From: Candidatus Omnitrophota bacterium
GTDB lineage: Bacteria > Omnitrophota > Gorgyraeia > Zapsychrales > Zapsychraceae
Assembly (NCBI GenBank): GCA_028280285.1
Contig: JANQMA010000001.1
Coordinates: forward strand, 7,184 to 71,183
Reading direction: 5' to 3'
Length of the DNA: 64,000 nucleotides
Shown: positions 1 to 10,020 of the stretch, piece by piece
How the letters are laid out: each line of letters opens with the position of its first letter
Position numbering within the stretch: position 1 is the stretch's first letter
Translations under genes and position numbers: made by a program
Notes under the pieces: generated by a model
What the model was told of the DNA's origin: nothing
Database searches by the model: none
Seen by the model: the letters and a program-made list of their open reading frames with translations, nothing else

Positions 1-1033
1 AAACTTTCGAAGGGCTACCTTCGTCTTTAATCAGCGGTCTTAAACCGGCAAAAGTATCGATGATGTTTGATGGATCGATAGACCGGTTTGGAAAGACCCT
101 TCTTGTCGCCTCAAGAAGATAGCCAATATCCTCATCATTGACAGAAACATCGTCTGCCCCTTTTTTATAATCTGTGTCCGTTGTTCCAATAAGTGTATTT
201 TCCCCCCAGGGAATAATAAAAAATACACGGCCGTCGTCTTCATTAAAAACAAGTATTGCTTTCTTAGAAAAACGTCCGGCATAAACCAAATGCACGCCCT
301 TCGTCGGACGTATTTGCCCAGGAGACTGGTTCTTCTCCTTACGCATAAATTCATTCGTCCATGGACCGACGGCCGCAATAATGTTCTTTGCTTTAATTGT
401 GCAATACCTCCCGTCAATATGGTCATACGTGCGCACGCCAACACAGCGTCCGTTTTCTTTAATAAGCTCCCTAACCTCAATATAGTTGGCCACGTGTGCT
501 CCTTGCGCGTCGGCCTGCATAACATTCTCAAGGCATAACCGTGCATCATCCATCTGGGCATCGAAATAAGAAACCCCGCCAATAAGGTTTTCCTGCTTTA
601 ATCCCGGTACATTTTGTAAAATTTTTTTGTTCGAAAGATATTGTCTTCGGCCAAGAGTACTGGCTCCGCTTAAAATGTCATATAAAGTCACACCCAATCT
701 TATCAACCACAGCGGGCGTTTAGCCTCTTTATAAACAGGGACTATGAATTCAAGCGGTTTGACAAGATGGGGCGCTTTTTTAACCTGGATGGATCTTTCG
801 CGTAAGGCTTCACGGACAAGAGAAAAATGAAAGTTCTCCAAATAACGTAATCCACCGTGAATAAGTTTGGTTGATTTACTTGATGTCCCTGAGGCAAAAT
901 CGTTTTTTTCAAGAAGGGCAACTTTAAGGCCTTTAGACGAGGCAAGATTGGCAATGGCTGCACCATTAATGCCCCCGCCGATTACAATCAAATCATATTC
1001 ACCGTTACTCAAACGGTACGTGTCTCGTATCAT
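1..1033 (-). CDS. glpD: FAD-dependent glycerol-3-phosphate dehydrogenase (partial; C-terminus beyond the window edge)
   Basis: Minus-strand frame is open from the ATG at 1031..1033 to position 1. N-terminus reads MIRDTYRLSNGEYDLIVIGGGINGAAIA, a GxGxxG FAD motif. Not in the ORF track because it runs off the edge; track ORFs 40..582 and 742..966 are other frames of the same DNA. Confidence 0.8.
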   Translation of the reverse strand, partial: MIRDTYRLSNGEYDLIVIGGGINGAAIANLASSKGLKVALLEKNDFASGTSSKSTKLIHGGLRYLENFHFSLVREALRERSIQVKKAPHLVKPLEFIVPVYKEAKRPLWLIRLGVTLYDILSGASTLGRRQYLSNKKILQNVPGLKQENLIGGVSYFDAQMDDARLCLENVMQADAQGAHVANYIEVRELIKENGRCVGVRTYDHIDGRYCTIKAKNIIAAVGPWTNEFMRKEKNQSPGQIRPTKGVHLVYAGRFSKKAILVFNEDDGRVFFIIPWGENTLIGTTDTDYKKGADDVSVNDEDIGYLLEATRRVFPNRSIDPSNIIDTFAGLRPLIKDEGSPSKV

Positions 1034-1120
1034 AGTGATAGAGTGATAGAGTGCTAAAGTGATAGTAATATTAAAAAAACAATATCACTCTATCACTACT
1101 ATCACTCTATCACTTATAAT
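1034..1120. repeat. Intergenic imperfect palindrome of tandem AGTGATAG units (family A, copy 1)
   Basis: Left arm agtgatagagtgatagagtgctaaagtgatagtaatatt, spacer ttaaaaaaacaa, right arm tatcactctatcactactatcactctatcact. Lies between the glpK stop and the glpD start. A related copy is at 39926..40036. Confidence 0.6.
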
Positions 1121-2605
1121 TTATTTTGTTTGAGTTTGTGCAACTGCGTCCAGCCAGCCTTGGTATAGTTCACTTCGTTGCCGCGCAGGCATTCTAGGGC
1201 TAAACAATTTATTGGTTTTTCTTAATCGCAAAAGCTCTGCCTTTGTTTTCCACAAACCGACTTTCCGTCCAGCTAAAAGGGCCACGCCATAAACAGTTGA
1301 GTCAATCACCTCTGGACGATTGATGCGGCATTTCAATATATCTGATTGAAATTGCATGAGAAAATCATTATTGCATGCACCCCCATCAACACGTAGCTCA
1401 GTGATATTGCGTTTGAGTTCCTTTTGCATAAGTTCGATCACATCTTTTGTTTGATAGGCCATTGACTCGAGTGCCGCACGGACAATATGTTTTTTATTGG
1501 CTCCACGTGTCAGCCCTGTAACAATACCCCGGGCCGCACTATCCCAATAAGGACACCCTAAGCCGGTAAAAGCAGGTACAACATAAACACCGTTTGTATC
1601 CTTTACCCCCTTGATGAGCTTTTCCGATTCTTGAGCCGTTTTAATTAAACCGACCTCATCGCGCAGCCATTGCATAACCGCGCCTGCTATAAAAATAGAA
1701 CCTTCCAGTGCATAGACAGGTTTGCCGGTATCATCAGAGGCAATCGTTGTGAGTAAGCCCCCTTTGGAAGATACAAATTTTTGACCAGTGTTCGCGACAA
1801 TAAAGCACCCTGTGCCGTATGTATTTTTAACCGATCCGGCATTAAAACACCCCTGTCCATAAAGAGCTGCTTGTTGATCACCGAGCACGGCGGTTATAGG
1901 TATACCCGGCGGAAGCCCGGCAGAATTTCCCGTAAACCCAAAATAGTCTCCCGAGTTTTTAACTTCAGGTAAAATACCCGACGGAACATCCAAAATCTTA
2001 AGCAATTCATTATCCCATTTGCGGCGACGAATATTAAAAAGTAACGTGCGTGAAGCGTTAGTCACATCGGTAGCATGGGCCTTACCTTTAGTGAGCTTCC
2101 AAATAAGCCAACTGTCAATAGTCCCAAAACATGCTTGCCCTTTTATCGCCTTTTGTCTAAGGCCTTTAACATTATCCAAGAGCCATTTAACTTTGGTTCC
2201 GGAAAAATAAGGATCTAACACCAGTCCCGTTTTCTTTTTAAAGATTGGTTCTTTTCTTTTTAATTGTGTGCAAGTATCTGCTGTACGTCGACACTGCCAG
2301 ACAATAGCTTTGTAGAGCGGCTTAGATGTCTTGCGATCCCAAACCACTGTCGTTTCTCTTTGATTAGTAATCCCAATGGCTGCAATCGATTTACGTGAAA
2401 CTTTTGCCCGGCGTAAAACTTTCTTGATAACGCTTTTAACAGACTGCCATATTTCATCGGCATCATGCTCAACCCATCCAGGCTTAGGATAATATTGTTT
2501 AAACTCAACATACGCCGAAGCCACTGCCTTGGCTTTACTATCAAAAAGAAAAGCCCTTGATCCGGTTGTGCCTTGATCAAGAGCCAAAATAAATTTTTTA
2601 CTCAT
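1121..2605 (-). CDS. glpK: glycerol kinase
   Basis: 494 aa; FGGY kinase N-terminus ALDQGTTGSRAFLFD; full length. Confidence 0.95.
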   Translation of the reverse strand: MSKKFILALDQGTTGSRAFLFDSKAKAVASAYVEFKQYYPKPGWVEHDADEIWQSVKSVIKKVLRRAKVSRKSIAAIGITNQRETTVVWDRKTSKPLYKAIVWQCRRTADTCTQLKRKEPIFKKKTGLVLDPYFSGTKVKWLLDNVKGLRQKAIKGQACFGTIDSWLIWKLTKGKAHATDVTNASRTLLFNIRRRKWDNELLKILDVPSGILPEVKNSGDYFGFTGNSAGLPPGIPITAVLGDQQAALYGQGCFNAGSVKNTYGTGCFIVANTGQKFVSSKGGLLTTIASDDTGKPVYALEGSIFIAGAVMQWLRDEVGLIKTAQESEKLIKGVKDTNGVYVVPAFTGLGCPYWDSAARGIVTGLTRGANKKHIVRAALESMAYQTKDVIELMQKELKRNITELRVDGGACNNDFLMQFQSDILKCRINRPEVIDSTVYGVALLAGRKVGLWKTKAELLRLRKTNKLFSPRMPARQRSELYQGWLDAVAQTQTK

Positions 2606-2617
2606 TTTATTTATCCT

Positions 2618-3175
2618 TTATTCGAGGCCAAGCCTCTGCCTGTTTGAGTAATAAACTTTATCCCCCAAAACTTTTCTCGCCATGGCATCTCTGTCGCCTC
2701 CATTATCAAAATCGTATTCGATAATAGCGACAAACCGCATGACTTCATAAAAAGGGTTTTTAAGCATGCCTGCATTATTAAATGCCATCTCATCAATCAT
2801 ATCTACATAATGTTGCGGGCTATTGCGGATAATAATGCCTTTCTTCGCATAAAGTTTGATATAATTTTCGACTGTAATAAGCTTAGGTTCGTTATCGATC
2901 ATCATTTTCCAGACTTCACTGGAAAATTCAAGCTCTTTCCATATCGACCTTAAATCAACAACATCTTCAACAACCGGTTCTGTTATCTGAGGAATATCAT
3001 TTGGTAGTCTATTTTGTTGGGCTTGTTGTTGCTGCTGGATTTGTTTTTGAATTTCAAGCTGCCGGAGTTGTTGTTGGCGGGCTTGTTGTTTTTTTGCCTG
3101 AATAACCGCAGAAGAGTACGCAAACTGCGCACTTACTATTAAAAGAAATGTAAAAAAGATAATCCTGTGGATCAT
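2618..3175 (-). CDS. hypothetical secreted protein with a Gln-rich linker
   Basis: 185 aa with an N-terminal signal peptide and a QQARQQQLRQLEIQKQIQQQQQAQQ low-complexity stretch, then an unknown C-terminal domain. Stop is 12 nt from the glpK start. Confidence 0.5.
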   Translation of the reverse strand: MIHRIIFFTFLLIVSAQFAYSSAVIQAKKQQARQQQLRQLEIQKQIQQQQQAQQNRLPNDIPQITEPVVEDVVDLRSIWKELEFSSEVWKMMIDNEPKLITVENYIKLYAKKGIIIRNSPQHYVDMIDEMAFNNAGMLKNPFYEVMRFVAIIEYDFDNGGDRDAMARKVLGDKVYYSNRQRLGLE

Positions 3176-3678
3176 TGAGATGGCGTTGGATTAACTAAAG
3201 ATTGAACAAGCGCGACTGCTTTTTTAAATTTTTCTTCATCTTTCGCTTGTAAAAATATCTCTGCACTTTGTTTTCCGGCCGCGACAGCTTTATTTTTATA
3301 GTACTCTACCTCATCTTCGTTGCCGAGTGACGCCTCAACCTGAGCCTTAAGCATGCTGCTCAAAGCAAGAAAATACTGTGCCTCTCCATCGAGTGGATTT
3401 ACCCTTGTTGCGGCATTAAATGTGTCAACCGCTGCAGTAAAGTTTTTAAGTCTTAAATAAACCTCACCCAAAGGAATATAATTAGCCGAGTTTGTTGGAT
3501 CCTGTTGGATAACTGTATCAAAGCTCTTAATGGCCGAAGAAATATCTCCCTTTGCTAATTGCGCATAGCCTTCATCCAAGCCGGCAGTAGATGCCTGTGT
3601 CATTTCTTTTGGTTCATCAGCTTTCCCGCATCCAAGCACAGCAGCAACTAACAAAGCTAGTATAATCCGCATTTTCAT
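3172..3678 (-). CDS. TPR-repeat lipoprotein
   Basis: 168 aa; lipobox LGCGK after the signal peptide; TPR-like helical repeats. Overlaps the next gene by 4 nt. Confidence 0.6.
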   Translation of the reverse strand: MKMRIILALLVAAVLGCGKADEPKEMTQASTAGLDEGYAQLAKGDISSAIKSFDTVIQQDPTNSANYIPLGEVYLRLKNFTAAVDTFNAATRVNPLDGEAQYFLALSSMLKAQVEASLGNEDEVEYYKNKAVAAGKQSAEIFLQAKDEEKFKKAVALVQSLVNPTPSQ

Positions 3679-3768
3679 ATTTATTCCTTTGGTAAAGAGT
3701 TAAAGTAGTTACTCTTCTTCGCTCCGCTAAGCGGAGCTTCGAAGCAATTATCCCGCCTTTGGCGGGAT

Positions 3769-3799
3769 AAAAAAAGAGGTAACTTGAAGAAGTTACCTC
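3769..3799 (-). terminator. rho-independent terminator after gltD
   Basis: On the minus strand: GAGGTAACT-tcttca-AGTTACCTC followed by TTTTTTT. Two further hairpins (gctccgctaagcggagc, atcccgcctttggcgggat) precede the TPR gene. Confidence 0.6.
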
Positions 3800-3851
3800 T
3801 CACCATATCAAAAAATCCACCATAAATAAACCTTAAATGTTAAACATGCAT

Positions 3852-5279
3852 TTAAGCCGGAATAAGGTATTTATGCACACCTTCGGCGGCGGCCCTTCCT
3901 TCATTAATGGCCCAGACAACCAAAGACTGCCCGCGCGTCATATCCCCTGCGACAAAAACACCCGGAATACTTGTCATCTTATTCCCATCGGCCTTAACAT
4001 TGCCACGCTCAGTCAGCTCAACGCCAAGCTCCTCAATAAGCCCGGTCTTAACCGGCCCTAAAAATCCCATCGCAAGTAATACTAAATCGGCATCTATCTC
4101 AAATTCGGATCCCTCGATTTCCTTCATTGGCCGGCGGCCTGTTGCGGGATCTTTTTCGCCAAACTCCAGTCTCACCGCTTGAAGCTTTGTTAATTTGCCA
4201 TTTGCGCCAATAAATTTTTTCGTCATAACCGCAAACTCACGCTCAACACCCTCTTCGTGCGAAGTTGATGTGCGCAGAATAAATGCCCAGTTTGGCCATG
4301 GGTTATCCGCTTCGCGTTCTTCAGGCGGCTTAGGAAGAAGTTCGAAATTGGTTACCGATTTAGCCCCTTGACGGTTTGATGTGCCGATACAATCGGACCC
4401 TGTGTCTCCTCCACCGATGACAACAACATGCTTGCCCTTAGCCGAAATTCTTTGTGCATTAATCTTTTTCCCTAAACATTCTCTGTTTTGTTGCGTTAAA
4501 AAGTCCATGGCAAAATGAACACCGTCCAGCTCTCGTCCTTCAATCGGAAGGTCACGCGGCTGCTCAGCCCCGCAACAAAGGACAACCGCATTATAATCAT
4601 CTATCAATTTTTGGCACGACACATCCCGTCCGACATTAACGCCTGTTTTAAATTTAACCCCTTCCTGGCTCATTCGCTTAAGGCGTCTCTCGACGACCCA
4701 TTTTTCCATTTTAAATTCAGGAATACCGAGGGTTAAAAGCCCGCCTAGAACTTCATTTTTTTCATACACCGTTATTTGATGGCCGAGTTTATTCAGTTGA
4801 TCGGCACAAGCGAGTCCCGCAGGACCGGAACCGACAATGGCAACCGTTTTACCTGTGCGTGTTTTAGGAGGTTGTGGTTTAATCCAGCCCTCATCATAGG
4901 CTTTTTCAATAATCGAGACTTCAATATTTTTGATCGCGACCGGCGGTTCATTGATGCCAAGCACACATGCATTTTCGCACGGAGCCGGGCAAACACGTCC
5001 GGTAAACTCAGGAAAATTATTTGTTTTATGCAAACGTTCGATGGCCTTGGCCCAGTCATCTTTATACACAAGATCGTTCCAGTCAGGAATAATGTTTCCT
5101 ATCGGACATCCGCTTTGGCAAAAAGGAATACCGCAATCCATACAACGCGCCCCTTGATCGCGCAAATCCTGCTCAGGCATTTTAACAATAAACTCGTTAT
5201 AATGATTAATGCGCGTCTTGGTAGACTCCTTGTCGAAGTCTTTGCGGCCAATATTCATAAACCCTTTAATGTTACCCAT
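3852..5279 (-). CDS. gltD: glutamate synthase small subunit (NADPH)
   Basis: 475 aa; Cys cluster CMDCGIPFCQSGCP; FAD/NAD motif VAIVGSGPAGLACA. Confidence 0.93.
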   Translation of the reverse strand: MGNIKGFMNIGRKDFDKESTKTRINHYNEFIVKMPEQDLRDQGARCMDCGIPFCQSGCPIGNIIPDWNDLVYKDDWAKAIERLHKTNNFPEFTGRVCPAPCENACVLGINEPPVAIKNIEVSIIEKAYDEGWIKPQPPKTRTGKTVAIVGSGPAGLACADQLNKLGHQITVYEKNEVLGGLLTLGIPEFKMEKWVVERRLKRMSQEGVKFKTGVNVGRDVSCQKLIDDYNAVVLCCGAEQPRDLPIEGRELDGVHFAMDFLTQQNRECLGKKINAQRISAKGKHVVVIGGGDTGSDCIGTSNRQGAKSVTNFELLPKPPEEREADNPWPNWAFILRTSTSHEEGVEREFAVMTKKFIGANGKLTKLQAVRLEFGEKDPATGRRPMKEIEGSEFEIDADLVLLAMGFLGPVKTGLIEELGVELTERGNVKADGNKMTSIPGVFVAGDMTRGQSLVVWAINEGRAAAEGVHKYLIPA

Positions 5280-5291
5280 AGCTTGCTTTCC

Positions 5292-8200
5292 TTAATTCTG
5301 CGGAATATCTTCCGTTTCAGGAATTTCTGACTCAACAGCCCGACGGGCTTCTTCGATCACACGTCTGTAATCGATCGGATACACTTTGACAAACTGAGGT
5401 AAAGTCTCATCCCACTTTTTAAGCACATCTTCGGCGACCGTACTTCCTGTATATGTTTGATGATTTTGAATGAGTGTTTTAAGCTCATTAATATCTTGTT
5501 CTTCCTCAACTTTAAAAAGTTCCACCATACCCATATTGCATTTGTTTTTAAATGTGCCGTCAGGGTCCCAAATATAAGCAATCCCTCCGCTCATGCCGGC
5601 CGCAAAATTACGTCCGGTGTTGCCTAAGACAACGACGCATCCGCCTGTCATGTACTCACAGCCATGATCCCCAATGCCTTCAATAACCGTTCGCACACCA
5701 CTATTGCGTACACAAAAACGCTCCCCTCCAAGGCCGCGAAAATACGCTTCGCCTTTAATACCGCCATAAAGGACGACATTTCCGATGAGAATATTTTCTT
5801 CCGGAACAAATGGAGACTTCTTCGGCGGATAAATGATAAGCTTTCCGCCGGATAAACCTTTGCCCACATAGTCATTGGCATCGCCTTCCAGCTCAAACTT
5901 AACACCATGCGCCAAAAATGCACCGAAGCTTTGACCTGCCGAACCATTGAACTTGACGTGAATCGTGTCTTCATCCAAACCGGCCATACCATACTGACGG
6001 GCAATTTCACTACTCATCATCGTTCCAACCGTACGATTGACATTAACAATTTTGCTTTCAAATGAAACCGGTTTTCTATTTTCGATAGCGCTCTTTGCCT
6101 TTTTAATTAATTCATTATCAAGCGCTTTATCTAACCCATGGTCTTGTCCTTCGACGTGACGAATAGCAACACCTTCCGGAACATCCGGCTTATGGAGAAT
6201 ATTTGTTAGATCGATACCCTTGACCTTCCAGTGATCAATCACATCCTGCGTTTCCAAATAATCAACACGACCAACCAAATCATCGAACTTGCGGATACCA
6301 AGTTCAGCCATAATTGCGCGCGCTTCTTCGGCAATAAAAGTAAAAAAGTTAACAACATGCTCCGGATCACCGGTAAATTTTTCGCGTAATTTGGCATCTT
6401 GAGTGGCAATACCAACAGAACATGTATTTAAATGACACTTGCGAAGTAAAATACATCCCATAGTGACAAGCGCAACAGTTGCAAATCCGAATTCATCGGC
6501 GCCAAGCATACCGGCAATCACCACATCCCGGCCTGTTTTAAGTTGCCCGTCGGTTTGCACACGAATGCGTCCGCGCAAGTCATTCATAACTAAAACTTGT
6601 TGTGTCTCAGCGATCCCCAATTCCATCGGCAAACCACAATGTTTAATAGACGTTTGAGGCGATGCTCCTGTTCCGCCTTCATAGCCGCTGATAAGAACAT
6701 GATCGCTCTTCCCCTTAGATACGCCGGCTGCAACAGTACCGACACCGATTTCTGAAACAAGCTTAACACTGACATCCGCATTCTTATTTGCGTTTTTAAG
6801 GTCATGTATTAGTTGAGCCAAATCCTCAATGGAATAAATATCGTGATGTGGCGGTGGCGAAATAAGCCCTACACCTTTTGTTGTCCCACGTGTATCGGCA
6901 ATTTCCTGGCTTACCTTATGTCCTGGAAGCTGTCCGCCCTCGCCGGGCTTGGCACCTTGCGCCATTTTAATCTGCATTTGATCAGAGTTGACCAAATATT
7001 CGATCGTTACACCAAAGCGTCCTTGCGCCACTTGCTTAATGCGGCTTCGTTTAGTGTCGCCGTTTGGCAATGGTTTAAATCGTTCCGGTTTTTCGCCGCC
7101 TTCACCGGTGTTCGAAAACCCGCCTAAACGGTTCATCGCAATGGCCAACGTCTCGTGTGCCTCTTTAGAAATAGAACCAAAACTCATCGCACCAGTCGCA
7201 AAACGTTTAACGATTTCGCTTGCCGGCTCAACTTCCGTGAGCGAAATTGGTTTACCTTCTTTAAATTTAAGTAAACCGCGGATGTTCGCCAGGTTCGTCT
7301 GCTGTTTATTAACTAAATTTGTATACTTTTTAAATATTTGATAATCACCGGAACGGCAGGCATGTTGCAGAAGACCGATCGTTTGAGGATTGAGTTGATG
7401 ATGCTCACCTTCCCGACGCCATTGATAACGTCCGCCAATATTAAGCATTTCATCATAAACCGTCTCGCCCGGATAAGCCTCATCATGTTGGCGAACCATC
7501 TCCTCAGCAATCTCTTCGATACCAATACCGCCAATACGTGATGGTGTGGCTGTAAAATATTTATCGACAAAAACATTGTTAAGACCGACTGCTTCAAAAA
7601 TCTGCGCACCACAATAAGATTGAATAGTCGAGATGCCCATTTTCGAAATAATCTTAAAGAGTCCTTTACGTGTCGACTTAAGATATTTTTCCTGAGCCTC
7701 GTCAAACGTAATATCGTAGTAAGCCCCTTTATTGATTGCATCTTCAATCGTTTCAAAAGCTAAATACGGATTAATAGCATTAGCACCATAACCGATCAAC
7801 ACTGCAAAGTGATGCATTTCACGCGCCTCACCTGATTCGAGCACAATGCTTACCTTTGTCCGTGTTCCTTGACGGATTAAATGATGATGCAACCCGGCAC
7901 AAGCCAAAAGAGATGGCATTGGAAGGTGTTTTTGATCAACACCGCGGTCGGACAATACAAGAATAGATGCACCCTCTTCAATGGCCCGGTCAGCCTCGGC
8001 AAAAATATTATCAAGAGCGGCTTCCAATCCTTCTTCCTTGTTAAACAGTATTTGAAACTTGGATGCCTTTAAATTACCTTGATTAATCGCAGCAATTTTT
8101 TCTAGCTCTTGATTTGTAATGATAGGTTTCTTTAAACGCAGGCGATGGCAATGCTCTGGTGTTTCATCAAGAAGATTGCCTTCCGCGCCCAGCATAACAT

Positions 8201-9830
8201 CCTCGGCCATAATAACCTCTTCACGGATAGGATCAACAGGTGGATTGGTTACTTGAGCAAACAGCTGTTTAAAATATTCATAAAGAAGCCGCGGCTTACG
8301 TGATAACACAGCAAGCGGCGTGTCATCGCCCATGGCGCCTGTGGCCTCAATCCCAGCCGTTGCCATCGGACGAAGAACAATTTTGACATCTTCGATCGTA
8401 TAGCCGAAAGCCTTTTGGCGTTCAAGGAGTGTTTTTGGTTCAAGTCCGTGCACTTTTTTCGGTTCAGGCAAATCATTTAAATCAACGACATTGTCTTTAA
8501 TCCAATTTTGATAAGGATTACGATCAATATGTGCCTGTTTTAATTCAGAATCATCGATGATGCGCCCTTCTTCTGTATCGATCAAAAAGATTTTACCCGG
8601 CTCAAGACGCCCTTTCTTAATTACCTTCTCCGGAGCAATCTCTAAAACGCCGGCTTCAGAACCCATAATGCAATAATCATCATCGGTAACCCAATAACGC
8701 GAAGGACGAAGCCCGTTACGGTCAAGTAACGCGCCAATTGATTTTCCGTCGGTAAAACAGAGTGACGCCGGACCGTCCCACGGCTCCATTAAACACGAAT
8801 GATATTCATAAAACGCTTTTTTATCCTCCGGCATGCTTTCATGCCCGCTCCATGCCTCGGGCACCATCATCATGGCGGCATGCGCCAAAGAACGTCCGGA
8901 TAATACCAGCATTTCAAACACATTATCGAATGTCTGTGAATCACTTCCGTGGTTCATAACAACAGGTGTTATTTTCTTCAGATCATCGCCAAATTTATCG
9001 GAAATAAACTGCATTTCACGCGCGTGCATGTAATTGATGTTGCCGCGTAGTGTATTAATCTCACCGTTGTGCGCAATCATACGAAATGGATGAGCCAGTC
9101 CCCAGGTTGGAAATGTATTTGTACTGTAACGGGAATGCGTTAAGGCAAGTGCCGACTCCATAGCGGGATCTTTCAGATCATCGAAAAAATTGGCCACTTG
9201 CTCGGCCATTAATTGGCCTTTATAAACAATTGTCCTACTTGAAAGTGAGCATGTATAGTAATAGCCTTTTTGCGATAGGACAGAATCAAATACCTTATTA
9301 TAAAGACGCTTGCGGATCACATAGAGCTTACGCTCAAATGCCTCTGTTGGCGTAGCCTCGCCTTTGCCAACAAAAAGCATTTTAAACTCCGGCATAACGG
9401 AACGGGCAACCTTCCCGATTTTATCCGGATTGTGGGTTACCTCACGCCAGCCGAGAAACTTCTGGCCTTCTTCTCTGATAATATGTTCGGTCCACTCCTC
9501 AATTTGGTTGCGCTCATCAAGGCTTGGTGGAAGAAAGATAATTCCGGCTCCGTATTCGCCTTCCGGAGGGAGCGTAATATTGATCTTTTCGCATTCTTGG
9601 CGCAAGAACTTATCAGGCAGCTGGATGAGAATACCGGCCCCATCGCCTGTTTCCGGGTCGCAACCACATGCCCCTCTGTGGGTTAAATTTTCCAAAATCT
9701 GCAGGCCGTCGCGTACAATCTTGTGGGATTTGATCCCCTTCATTTGGGCAATAAAACCGACACCACAGGCGTCATGCTCGAAGGCTGGATCATAAAGACC
9801 TTTTTTTTGTGGATAGTTTACGTTCTGCAT
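5292..9830 (-). CDS. gltB: glutamate synthase large subunit
   Basis: 1512 aa; N-terminal amidotransferase catalytic Cys (FEHDACGVGF); FMN and GXGXG domains. Confidence 0.95.
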   Translation of the reverse strand: MQNVNYPQKKGLYDPAFEHDACGVGFIAQMKGIKSHKIVRDGLQILENLTHRGACGCDPETGDGAGILIQLPDKFLRQECEKINITLPPEGEYGAGIIFLPPSLDERNQIEEWTEHIIREEGQKFLGWREVTHNPDKIGKVARSVMPEFKMLFVGKGEATPTEAFERKLYVIRKRLYNKVFDSVLSQKGYYYTCSLSSRTIVYKGQLMAEQVANFFDDLKDPAMESALALTHSRYSTNTFPTWGLAHPFRMIAHNGEINTLRGNINYMHAREMQFISDKFGDDLKKITPVVMNHGSDSQTFDNVFEMLVLSGRSLAHAAMMMVPEAWSGHESMPEDKKAFYEYHSCLMEPWDGPASLCFTDGKSIGALLDRNGLRPSRYWVTDDDYCIMGSEAGVLEIAPEKVIKKGRLEPGKIFLIDTEEGRIIDDSELKQAHIDRNPYQNWIKDNVVDLNDLPEPKKVHGLEPKTLLERQKAFGYTIEDVKIVLRPMATAGIEATGAMGDDTPLAVLSRKPRLLYEYFKQLFAQVTNPPVDPIREEVIMAEDVMLGAEGNLLDETPEHCHRLRLKKPIITNQELEKIAAINQGNLKASKFQILFNKEEGLEAALDNIFAEADRAIEEGASILVLSDRGVDQKHLPMPSLLACAGLHHHLIRQGTRTKVSIVLESGEAREMHHFAVLIGYGANAINPYLAFETIEDAINKGAYYDITFDEAQEKYLKSTRKGLFKIISKMGISTIQSYCGAQIFEAVGLNNVFVDKYFTATPSRIGGIGIEEIAEEMVRQHDEAYPGETVYDEMLNIGGRYQWRREGEHHQLNPQTIGLLQHACRSGDYQIFKKYTNLVNKQQTNLANIRGLLKFKEGKPISLTEVEPASEIVKRFATGAMSFGSISKEAHETLAIAMNRLGGFSNTGEGGEKPERFKPLPNGDTKRSRIKQVAQGRFGVTIEYLVNSDQMQIKMAQGAKPGEGGQLPGHKVSQEIADTRGTTKGVGLISPPPHHDIYSIEDLAQLIHDLKNANKNADVSVKLVSEIGVGTVAAGVSKGKSDHVLISGYEGGTGASPQTSIKHCGLPMELGIAETQQVLVMNDLRGRIRVQTDGQLKTGRDVVIAGMLGADEFGFATVALVTMGCILLRKCHLNTCSVGIATQDAKLREKFTGDPEHVVNFFTFIAEEARAIMAELGIRKFDDLVGRVDYLETQDVIDHWKVKGIDLTNILHKPDVPEGVAIRHVEGQDHGLDKALDNELIKKAKSAIENRKPVSFESKIVNVNRTVGTMMSSEIARQYGMAGLDEDTIHVKFNGSAGQSFGAFLAHGVKFELEGDANDYVGKGLSGGKLIIYPPKKSPFVPEENILIGNVVLYGGIKGEAYFRGLGGERFCVRNSGVRTVIEGIGDHGCEYMTGGCVVVLGNTGRNFAAGMSGGIAYIWDPDGTFKNKCNMGMVELFKVEEEQDINELKTLIQNHQTYTGSTVAEDVLKKWDETLPQFVKVYPIDYRRVIEEARRAVESEIPETEDIPQN

Positions 9831-10020
9831 AATATATTTTTCCTAACTCTCTGCAAGCACATCGGATGCCTTTGGAAGGTTTTCCCTTGATGAGAGATTA
9901 CCATTTTACATATTTTTCTAAATAATGCAACCCCAAAATTCACCGATTGCCCATAAGTCCTAGATGCCTGCCGGAGGTTTAAAAGGTGTTGAAAACAATG
10001 ATGATACGAATAATGACGAG

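Noticed and set aside
40-966. Track ORFs 40..582(-), 290..538(+) and 742..966(-)
   Set aside because: They are alternative frames of the same DNA. The real gene is glpD, in a different minus-strand frame, open from 1033 to the window edge with a clear FAD-binding N-terminus.
1034-1120. Resemblance to the tet operator (CTCTATCACT matches the tetO half-site)
   Set aside because: Overall symmetry and spacing differ from tetO1 and tetO2, there is no tetR or tetA nearby, and a related copy exists 39 kb away. It is judged a native repeat, not an engineered or TetR operator.
4776-5330. 184-aa plus-strand ORF (with 4793..5071 and 4930..5157) inside gltD
   Set aside because: Antisense or alternate frame of a well-supported gene; low-complexity translation.
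7313-7756. 147-aa minus-strand ORF and other internal ORFs of gltB (5648..6010, 6813..7341, 9364..9795)
   Set aside because: Shadow ORFs within the 1512-aa glutamate synthase large subunit.
9831-10020. Possible sigma54 (-24/-12) promoter upstream of gltB
   Set aside because: The TGGGGTTGCAT element has the wrong GG-to-GC spacing. A sigma70-like TTGCAT-16-TAAAAT is more plausible but weak, so it is not reported as a feature.
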